From assembly GCA_964035545.1 (NCBI GenBank), contig OZ037766.1, forward strand, positions 32,168,773 through 32,232,772: a stretch of 64,000 nucleotides of DNA. Direction: 5' to 3'. Below, in pieces: positions 56,301 through 64,000 of this stretch (its first letter is position 1; the number at the start of each line of letters is the position of its first letter). The notes beneath the pieces were generated by a model. The model was not told the origin of the DNA and searched no databases. It saw only the letters and a list, made by a program, of their open reading frames with translations. The translations under genes and the position numbers were made by a program. The stretch comes from Bugula neritina. Lineage: Eukaryota; Animalia; Bryozoa.

Positions 56301-58805
56301 TGTTCTGCTCCTGTATCTCCTTTTACCTGCTCTGTTACTGTCTCTCCCTCCACCTGCTCTGTCACTGTCTCTCCTTCCACCTGCTCTGTTACTGTCTCTC
56401 CCTCAACCTGCTCTGTTCCTGTTTCTCTTTCCACCTGCTCTGTTACTGTCTCTCCTTCCACCTGCTCTGTCACTGTCTCTCCCTCCACCTGCTCTGTCAC
56501 TGTCTCTCCTTCTACCTGCTCTGTTACTGCATCTCCTTCTACCTGCTCTGTTACTGTCTCTCCTTCCACCTGCTCTGTTACTGTCTCTCCTTCCACCTGC
56601 TCTGTTCCTGTTTCTCCTTCCACCTGCTCTGTTACTGTCTCTCCTTCCACCTGCTCTGTTACTGTCTCTCCCTCAACCTGCTCTGTTCCTGTTTCTCTTT
56701 CCACCTGCTCTGTTACTGTCTCTCCTTTCACCTGCTCTGTTACTGTCTCTCCCTCCACCTGCTCTGTCACTGTCTCTCCCTCCACCTGCTCTGTTACTGC
56801 ATCTCCTTCTACCTGCTCTGTTACTGTCTCTCCTTCCACCTGCTCTGTTACTGTCTCTCCCTCAACCTGCTCTGTTCCTGTTTCTCCTTCCACCTGCTCT
56901 GTTACTGTATCTCCTTCCACCTGCTCTGTTACTGTCTCTCCTTCCACCTGCTCTGTCACTGCATCTCCCTCCACCTGCTCTGTTACTGTATCTCCTTTCA
57001 CCTGCTCTGTTACTGTCTCTCCTTCCACCTGCTCTGTTACTGCATCTCCTTCCACCTGTTTCGTTACTGTTTCTCCTTCCACCTGCTCTGTCACTGTCTC
57101 TCCCTCCACCTGCTCTGTTACTGTGCCTCTCTCTACATGTTCTGTTACTGTATCTACCTCCACCTGATCTGTCACTGTATCTCTTTCCACCTGCTCTGTT
57201 CCTGTTTCTCCTTCCACCTGCTCTGTTACTGTTTCTCCTTCTACCTGCTCTGTTACTGCATCTCCTTCCACCTGCTCTGTTACTGTCTCTCCTTCCACAT
57301 GTTCTGTTACTGTATCTATCTCCACCTGATCTGTATCTCCTTCCACCTGCTCTGTTATTGTCTCTCCTTCCATCTGTTCTTTCACTGTATCTCCCTCCAC
57401 ATGCTCTGTTACTGTTTCTCCCTTCACCTGATCTGAATCTCCTTTCACCTGCTCTGTTACTGTCCCTCCTACCTGCTCTGTTGCTGAATGTCCTTCCACC
57501 TGCTCTGTTATGGTTTCTCCCTCCACCTGTTCTGTTACTATATCTCCCTCCATCTGCTCTGTTACTGTATCTCCATCCAGTTGATCTGTATCTCCCTCCA
57601 CCTGTTCTATTACTGTATCTCTCTCCACCTGCTCTGTATCTCTCTCCACCTGCTCTGTATCTCTCTTCACTTGATTTGTTTCTCCCATTAGATTTTCATC
57701 TCCAGCTGATTCGCATATTTCAGTAGTTTCTTTTCTTTTCATCCTATGACCCAGTCTCATCAACATAGAGACATTCTCTGCAAGTTCTTCCTCTTTTACA
57801 GTAGAGCTTTCAGTGGTCTCTCCACCTAAAATACAAACAATTTAACTTTTTAAAATTTCTTTATTATCAATTAATATTAGTTCAAAATGAACATAATTCT
57901 TGATTCTTGCTTGAAGGTTGTTATCTATAAGTCTTTGTTCTGACCTACAATAATCAATTTTACGGATAAATTGTTTCACATATTTGTATCAACTCCTCAC
58001 TCCACTACCTTAGCTCAACAGACCAACACACCTTCTCACAACTCTGCTGCTGGACAGTTTCTTGCAACAAACATAAATACCTTTGTTATATGCAAGGTTT
58101 AGACCCATAACATTTATTTATTACTAATGGAATTTAAGCTACACATAATTGTTTCATTATTTTTCCTCAATTAATTAATAATGAGATTAACAGAATAACT
58201 AACATAGTCTCTCAGAGTAGAAATCTATATAAGGGTCAATTATAAATTATTGTAATGGACTAACTGCCTTTTTTCACAGCGTTTTGAAATATGGGACTAA
58301 AAGGCAGTTTCAATAGCTTCCAGCAAATTGTTTTACAGAGCTAGCAGTTGCAGAAATTTACTGTGAAGCACACGAAAATGGTTAAAAGTTTAAGTTACTA
58401 ATATCTACATTTTGTATCAAAGTAAACATATATGGAAATAGTAATTTAAATTAATGCATGGCTTGTGAAAGTTTTAGTCCTTCTAGTCGTCTTTAAATCC
58501 TATGACTGCCAAAACATACGCTCGTCTTGGTTGCTTGGTATCAATGTTTTCTTTTGCAATTCACCACCTCGTTTGCAAATCGCAATGACTGGTTACAGCA
58601 ATTATATACCAGGCAACAACAGTTACATGAAAAAGTCATATATTAAAACTAGCTTGACCAATCACTACGAAACATTAACGATTAAAGTAAACTGAAAAAC
58701 TAAACCTGAACTTAGAGCCATCCCTGTGCGTTCAATGGTTTCAGGAGTTATCACCGCTTCCGTTTCCTGACTTTCAGTCCTAGCATCGCCTGCATCTTTT
58801 GGTAA
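47352..58805 (-). CDS. >=2,490-aa protein: giant acidic EQVEGETVT repeat stalk, PEPA repeats and a C-terminal Cry domain I-like helical domain (paralogue B); 5' end not resolved
   Basis: Phase-consistent exons 58706-58805, 53237-57825, 52758-52950, 51884-52299, 51637-51742, 49892-50598, 49188-49331 and 47352-48575. The first exon found opens with an acceptor, so the start probably lies further right, possibly beyond the retrotransposon. Confidence 0.75.
49930..50410 (-). repeat. Coding 12/24-bp Pro-Ala-Glu repeats (PEPAPQAA / APEP)
   Basis: In frame within exon 49892-50598. Confidence 0.85.
51905..52160 (-). repeat. Second, short block of the 27-bp EQVEG(D/E)TVT coding repeat
   Basis: About 9 units in exon 51884-52299. 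Confidence 0.9.
53490..57670 (-). repeat. Coding 27-bp repeat (TEQVEGETV), ~150 units, with higher-order duplication
   Basis: One uninterrupted reading frame. The variant block (...AKQVKGEIVTEHVETETATEQ...DSDQVEEDTVAEHVQGG...) occurs twice, 1182 bp apart. Confidence 0.95.
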
Positions 58806-58848
58806 CTGAATCAACATGAAAACTTTTAGTAAACATAATGTAGTGATC

Positions 58849-58935
58849 AGTTTACCCAGTGGGCCTTTGTAGCGTAATTGGTCAGCGCGCCTGCTTGCAA
58901 GCCGGAGGTCTGTGGTTCGAATCCCGGTAGAGGTA
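58849..58935 (+). mobile_element. tRNA-derived repeat (SINE head or pseudo-tRNA), copy 1
   Basis: A-box TAGCGTAATTGG and B-box GGTTCGAATCCC; T-stem mismatched and 6-nt anticodon loop; leader agtttacccagtgg. Confidence 0.65.
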
Positions 58936-59072
58936 ATTATTTTACAAGCTCTTTTGGCCTTTAATGAAATGTAGTAGCACTCTGAGAGAGTTGAGAGGCT
59001 ACAGAAGCCTGGAGATTGAAGGAGTAGTAGATAGGCCAGTGGAGTTCAGAGAACTTGGTGGGATAAGTAATT

Positions 59073-59157
59073 AGTTTACCCAGTGGCTCCCGTGGTGTAA
59101 TGGTTAGCATACTTGCTTGAATGCTGGAGGTCTCGGGTTCAATTCCCAGTGGAGGCA
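59073..59157 (+). mobile_element. tRNA-derived repeat (SINE head or pseudo-tRNA), copy 2
   Basis: A-box TGGTGTAATGG and B-box GGTTCAATTCCC; same leader agtttacccagtgg; 6-nt anticodon loop and stem mismatches. Confidence 0.65.
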
Positions 59158-59339
59158 AAATAATGTTTCACATAATCCACAGATTAGCTCACTTATGGTG
59201 TCTATTTCACTGATAAAAATATGTAATTATCAGCTTGTACTACTTCTTTTAAGTCCCAATCGTAAATAATATTTTCTGCAAGATGTACTTAAATTGCATA
59301 TGAAAATCATGCTTCTAATGGCAAATGATGCATGTCTAT

Positions 59340-59688
59340 TGTGATAAACTTGTGGGTTGAATGTAACTTAGTGCAGAACAAGATAGGTTGAAGTAGTAGA
59401 GTTCCAAATGTTTATTATAGTATAAAAATAATGTCAACTTGTCTAGGCGAGCTCCAGTAGTAGACTGGCTTAACACCGTAACTCGCCTGCTTTTATATAC
59501 AGCGAACAAAAGAACATAAAACAAAGAATCTTTTGTGTGTGTGGCCCGAAGTTCGGTAGCTCCGAAATTCGGCAGGCCCGAAGATCGGGGGAACCGATCT
59601 TCGGTCAAGCCGAAACTCGGAACTCCGAATTTCGGACCCCAATTAACATTATTGAACAAAAGAACAAACCAAGGCATAATCTATCACA
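59340..59688 (-). mobile_element. 3' LTR (349 bp) of the Gypsy element
   Basis: TGTGATA...TATCACA terminal inverted repeats; purine-rich PPT (ATAGGGGGTG on -) at 59691-59700 just upstream; TATATAAAA on - at ~59491-59499; AATAAA on - at ~59411-59416. Confidence 0.85.
59546..59635. promoter_or_regulatory. Array of six 11-bp CCGA-N3-TCGG palindromes in LTR U3
   Basis: Copies start at 59546, 59562, 59578, 59594, 59610 and 59625 (16-bp period), ~45 bp upstream of the LTR TATA box. Confidence 0.8.
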
Positions 59689-59897
59689 CACACCCCCTAT
59701 CGGAAAGCATGCTTTCCGATACGAGGGCGAATAATAACATAATAACAATGAGACAGACAATAAACAAAACAAAAAAAAGAAACAGAAGAGAGAGAACAAA
59801 GAAACAAAACAAAACAAAACACCAAGTACATAGTATAAGGGACAACGAATATGTATAACAGAGAATTGTCATGCCACCAGTCAGGGAGAGGCGGGTC

Positions 59898-62800
59898 TCA
59901 CTCCCTCCATGTCCCATCGTCGTTGTCGGTCTGACGTCGTTCCAGCCGGATCAGTCGTCGTCGCAATTGTGTCAGATCTTCCTCACACCGTGCCACGCGG
60001 CGCCGTAAGTGGCGCACCTCCTCTTCTAGTTGCGGTCGGGAGCGGAGTGTGTTGCGCTCCGGGTGTTGTCTGTGCTCTGGGTGGTGTCTGCTTGCCGCCG
60101 AGGAGCGGGGGTCCAGGTCCGATGTACCGGGTCTGGCACCATCCCCGACCCTTGTCAGCATGACCCGAAGAGGCTGGGTGGCTGCTGGTTGGAGGGCGGC
60201 GGCGGGTTCTCCGTCTTCTTCTTGAATTGCTCTGCACGCCGGAAACCCTTGGCCGAGGGTGGCACGCTTGTGGGGGTCCGCGACGTGCGGCAGGATGAGG
60301 TCCCGGAACTCCGGAAATGTGGCCTGATCCACGGTGAACACGTGACCTGGGTGGCAGCGCGAGATGCGCTGGTGGCGCAGCACATAATCCCGCTGGTAGG
60401 AGTATTCGCCGCAAGGGCAGAATACGTTGATGAAATGTTGTGGGGCGTGAACACGCAACCGCCGGGAGGAGGAGAATTTCCTCCGACATTGCCGGCAGAT
60501 GCGGTTGCCCGCTGCCCCGCATGCTTCACTAATCTTCTGATTAGTGTCGCGAGAGACCCAGGACTGGCGGGCGACCAGTGCCTGGGGTAGAGCCAAGGTG
60601 GGGGTGTCACCGTCTTCAGCTCGAGTAGAGGAGGGCACACCGCATAGTATTCCCTGTTCCTCCCCGGCGGCTAATTGTAGCTCAACTGGGTTGGCGACAG
60701 GGTCACTATTCATGGTGGATAGCACCTCAGTCCGGTCTGTGGCGACCCGCGGGCTGCAAGGAGCCGTCACGGGGGCTGGTGGAGGGGGGGAGTCGACTCG
60801 ACTGACCTCCACCTCATCACACTCCATTGCAGTGTCTACAATAGACAGCAGAGGCCGAGTAAGGCCGGTCTCGCCGTCGCCGAAATTCGGCATCGCCTTA
60901 TAGGGTACTTTGTGGGTGGTAGGGAGCCGAGGTGAGTCATGGAGAGTGACTGACCCTATGTCCTGGTCTAATAAAAACTCATTTAGAGAGTCTTCTCCAA
61001 AACTCACATCGACTTCCTCCGTTAATAAATTAGATTCTAACAAATCTAAACTAGCCCAATTAATTACAGTTGAGTCAGACTCCGGTACGGGAGGCTCTGA
61101 CTCTAATGAAATACCTGTGTTTGTAGTGTTGTTACCGGGAAGAGTAATACCCATATCCAATTCGTGATTAATTCGATTACAAGTTTCAGCTTTAAAATTG
61201 CGTGTTACTAGTGGGTTAGTAGTAGTGCAAATGGCCGAGCCTCGTGTTTCAATATTTTTACCTGCTACGCGATCGTGGGGAATTCCCATCGAGTTTTGAA
61301 GGGACAACTCAGACAATCGCGTGCCCTCCGAATTTCGGTTTGCAACTGTTCCTTTTTGTAGTGATTCTCCAGGAGGTTGGAAGAATTTACTAACTAAGGA
61401 GGAGTAATGGCCCTGGACAGATGGATTCCCACTTGGGGGGGGCAACCCTAGGTGTCCTATGTGATAGTCTGCCAGATATCTGGGTGGTTTCCTCGCTCGC
61501 TGGCTCCTTTCCAGCGGTGTGGGTGCTGGTGGTGCCAGTTGCTCCTCAGTTGCCACCGTAGGGGGGTCCCCGCCTTCACCCGTAATACGGGTGGGGGTGT
61601 CCTCCCCCCAGAGGGGTGGTGGCTCTGGGGCGTGTTGCTGCTGCTGCTCCTGCCTCTGTTGTTGTTCCAACTGTTCTCGTAGGGCAGCCTGCTCCTGCTC
61701 TGCCTCCCTTCGGATGACAATTTCCACCTCCCGGGGCCGGGTGGCTCTCCCCCGCTGGTTAGGCTGGCGGTTGGGCTCCAGGAGGGGTGGAGCCTGACCC
61801 ACCGCGTCTGGGCTGGCATGGTATGGTTTCAGGCGCTGTTCGCTCTGGACTGAGACCTGTCCAGAGCGCTCCACACGGTATGTGTGGTTGGCCAGCACCT
61901 CCACCACGCAGTAGGGACCCACGAACTTGGGCTGAAGTTTAGCCGACTGTCCGCGTCGCCTACGATAGCTCACCATCCAGACCCAGTCTCCCACCTGATA
62001 CAATGGGGGCTCTTCTGAGTCCTCTGTGCGGATCTGCCACTGCTGGGCCCGCAGTGCATCATGGGCTTTACCCATGATCTCTGTCAGTCTTTCGACGTAC
62101 TCATGTACCGGCGATTCGGGGGCGGGAACGTGGTATGTCAGGTGTTCCGGAACCCGCGTTTCCCGGCCTAGCATCAGGAAGTTTGGGGTCTCCTGTGTGG
62201 TGGAGTGTGGTGTGCTGCGGTAAGCCCGCATGATTTGTGGCAGCACCACGTCCCATTCTTCCTGACCTCGACCAAGGAGCAGGCTCCTGAGGGCGTCACC
62301 CAACATCCTGTTGTTCCGCTCGACGACTCCGTTCCCTTGTGGGTGATATGGGGTGGTCCGACTCTGGTTCACCCCCCATATCCGGCAGAGGTCTCCCATG
62401 AGCTGGGACTGGAACTGGGCGCCCTGGTCCGTATGTATCTGCTCGGGCAAACCGAGGTAACAGAACACATGTTGGTCCAGGGTCCGGGCCACCGTGGGGG
62501 CAGTTGCGTCTGGGATAGCCAGAGCATCCGCCCACCGGGTAAAGTGGTCCGTGAGCACCAGTATCCAGGTGTTCCCTCTGGCGGATAACGGCATAGGCCC
62601 GACAAGGTCTACCGCCACTACTTGCCACGGTCGACCAGCGTACAGCCGGCGTCGACCAGTGGTTTCCGTGGGGCGGCCATGCTTGCTAGCTTGGCAGACC
62701 TCGCATTGCCGTACCCGCAGTCGTACGTCCCGAGTCATTCCGGGCCAATACCAACGCAGCCGCAGACACCTGATGACCCGACTGACTCCAGAATGAGCCT

Positions 62801-64000
62801 GCTTATGGGTGTCCCAGATCAGTTCCCGTCGGAGGGCGCGTGGACAGACGACGCGGTCCCTCTCCTGCTGACGGTTGTCTGCTGCTAACGTTATCATCAG
62901 GAGGCCATCAGGACTGACCTTGAGGGCATCCCAGCGACGACAGAGGAGTTGGAACTCAACGTCTCCCTGCCGCTGCTGTTCCTCGCTAGGTCGTCGGCCC
63001 TCCTTCTTGGCCCGGAAAATGTCCGCTACCGGGCCGGGTAGCGTCTCCTGGAGTCGGCACAGCTCCTTGACATTCTGGTACAGAGTGGGGTTGGCGTGAA
63101 GCGCCTGGACGTCGTCTGAGTGGGTTTCGGTCCGAAGATGGCCGTGCTCCCACCGATAGACGGCGCCCTCCCCTAACTCTGTTTCCACGTCAAGGCGAGC
63201 GGGTCCCCCGTCCCGTTTTTCAATGTGCAGGCATTGCTTACAGTCCTCTACCGGCCGGCGGCTCATGCCGTCGGCGTTTCCGTGCTTCCGGCCAGCACGG
63301 TGTTCTATCCGGTAAGAGAACTCGGCAAGAATCTCTAGCCAACGAGCTACCTGGCTCGAGGGCTCCGCACGTTTACACAGCCATATCAGTGATGCATGGT
63401 CTGTTCGCAAACGGAACGTTCTCCCATACAGATATGGCCGAAAGTGCTTGACCGCCTTGACTACTGCTAGGAGTTCCTTCCTAGTGGTGCAGTAGTTCTT
63501 CTCGGCGGCCGCGAGAGTCTTGCTGTAGTAAGCCACGACCACCTCACTTCCACCCTGGACTTGAGACAGGACAGCTCCCACGCTGTGGTCACTGGCGTCG
63601 GTGTCCAGGATGTACTCCTTGGCTGGATCAGGATACGCCAGAATTGGCGCCTCCATTAGCCGTTGCTTGAGGTGGTCGAATGCCTGCTGCTCCTCCTGCG
63701 TCCACTGCCACCGGACCCCTTTTGCGGTCAGCCGATTTAACGGCTGAGCCACTCCTGCGAAGCCAGGTATGTACTGCCGGTAGTACCCTACTAGGCCCAA
63801 GAATGCGCGCAACTCAGGGAGGTCACGGGGGACAGTCCACTGCTTCACAGCCTGTACCTTCTCTGGGTCGGTAGCGACCCCATCACGGCCCACCACATGG
63901 CCCAGGTACGTGACTTCCGGCTGCAAGAGTGCACACTTGGAGGGCTTCAGCTTGAGTCCAGCTGCCCGGAGGCGGTCAAAGACCTCCCGCAGACGACTGA
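59898..64000 (-). CDS. pol: Gypsy Pol polyprotein (RT end, RNase H, integrase) with a ~520-aa C-terminal extension (acidic region, two C2H2-type zinc fingers, coiled coil)
   Basis: Frame open to the window edge (SRLREVFDRLRAAGLKLKPSKC...YLGHVV). RNase H LDTDASD, KELLAV, LRTDH, NADGMSR; IN HHCC (H..AH...CEVC); DDE (VDLVGP, TDQGAQF, VERNNR); GPY motif; RSQRARKPPRYLADY; then CRQC...H...H, CPC...H...C and LEEEVRHLRRRVARCEEDLTQLRRRL. Confidence 0.93.
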   Translation of the reverse strand, partial: SRLREVFDRLRAAGLKLKPSKCALLQPEVTYLGHVVGRDGVATDPEKVQAVKQWTVPRDLPELRAFLGLVGYYRQYIPGFAGVAQPLNRLTAKGVRWQWTQEEQQAFDHLKQRLMEAPILAYPDPAKEYILDTDASDHSVGAVLSQVQGGSEVVVAYYSKTLAAAEKNYCTTRKELLAVVKAVKHFRPYLYGRTFRLRTDHASLIWLCKRAEPSSQVARWLEILAEFSYRIEHRAGRKHGNADGMSRRPVEDCKQCLHIEKRDGGPARLDVETELGEGAVYRWEHGHLRTETHSDDVQALHANPTLYQNVKELCRLQETLPGPVADIFRAKKEGRRPSEEQQRQGDVEFQLLCRRWDALKVSPDGLLMITLAADNRQQERDRVVCPRALRRELIWDTHKQAHSGVSRVIRCLRLRWYWPGMTRDVRLRVRQCEVCQASKHGRPTETTGRRRLYAGRPWQVVAVDLVGPMPLSARGNTWILVLTDHFTRWADALAIPDATAPTVARTLDQHVFCYLGLPEQIHTDQGAQFQSQLMGDLCRIWGVNQSRTTPYHPQGNGVVERNNRMLGDALRSLLLGRGQEEWDVVLPQIMRAYRSTPHSTTQETPNFLMLGRETRVPEHLTYHVPAPESPVHEYVERLTEIMGKAHDALRAQQWQIRTEDSEEPPLYQVGDWVWMVSYRRRRGQSAKLQPKFVGPYCVVEVLANHTYRVERSGQVSVQSEQRLKPYHASPDAVGQAPPLLEPNRQPNQRGRATRPREVEIVIRREAEQEQAALREQLEQQQRQEQQQQHAPEPPPLWGEDTPTRITGEGGDPPTVATEEQLAPPAPTPLERSQRARKPPRYLADYHIGHLGLPPPSGNPSVQGHYSSLVSKFFQPPGESLQKGTVANRNSEGTRLSELSLQNSMGIPHDRVAGKNIETRGSAICTTTNPLVTRNFKAETCNRINHELDMGITLPGNNTTNTGISLESEPPVPESDSTVINWASLDLLESNLLTEEVDVSFGEDSLNEFLLDQDIGSVTLHDSPRLPTTHKVPYKAMPNFGDGETGLTRPLLSIVDTAMECDEVEVSRVDSPPPPAPVTAPCSPRVATDRTEVLSTMNSDPVANPVELQLAAGEEQGILCGVPSSTRAEDGDTPTLALPQALVARQSWVSRDTNQKISEACGAAGNRICRQCRRKFSSSRRLRVHAPQHFINVFCPCGEYSYQRDYVLRHQRISRCHPGHVFTVDQATFPEFRDLILPHVADPHKRATLGQGFPACRAIQEEDGEPAAALQPAATQPLRVMLTRVGDGARPGTSDLDPRSSAASRHHPEHRQHPERNTLRSRPQLEEEVRHLRRRVARCEEDLTQLRRRLIRLERRQTDNDDGTWRE

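Larger units (their letters stand above)
59340..64000 (-). mobile_element. Ty3/Gypsy (Metaviridae) LTR retrotransposon, 3' portion; runs off the window
   Basis: GC-rich block sharply distinct from host DNA; RT-RNaseH-IN domain order; PPT and 3' LTR present. Confidence 0.95.

Noticed and set aside
53494-57726. Long + strand ORFs (1410 aa LPPALLL..., 765 and 380 aa HLLCYC...)
   Set aside because: Antisense shadows of the 27-bp coding repeat; only the - frame has splice sites linking it to unique exons.
58863-59157. Functional tRNA genes
   Set aside because: 6-nt anticodon loops and mismatched T and anticodon stems; treated as tRNA-derived repeats.
59909-63874. Many short overlapping ORFs in the retrotransposon, including a possible env
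   Set aside because: Expected in GC-rich DNA; no signal peptide, TM or fusion motifs.

Overview
AT-rich, intron-containing animal (invertebrate-type) genomic DNA, not prokaryotic. Reading GT-AG splice sites and codon phases by hand gives six protein-coding genes. (1) A divergent TNF-superfamily ligand (-, 340-7312). (2) A ~2,550-aa, ~25-exon disordered protein with PP1-docking (RVSF, SILK) and other short linear motifs (-, 8560-27500). (3) CFAP97 (+, 28908-33867), head-to-head with gene 2. (4) An ~450-aa coiled-coil protein (-, 34871-40481). (5, 6) Two tandem paralogues (-, 42574-45858 and 47352->58805) whose long acidic repeat stalks end in a shared ~400-aa domain resembling the Cry/delta-endotoxin pore-forming domain I. 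The right end holds the 3' half of an intact-looking Ty3/Gypsy LTR retrotransposon. Its integrase continues in frame into an acidic segment, two C2H2-type zinc fingers and a coiled coil. Its LTR carries six phased CCGA-N3-TCGG palindromes, and two more copies lie inside the extension coding region, which suggests a self-encoded regulator plus operator system. There are also a MITE, two tRNA-derived repeats and many minisatellites anchored at exon edges. Gene models and family calls come from manual reading and recalled family motifs; no database search was run.
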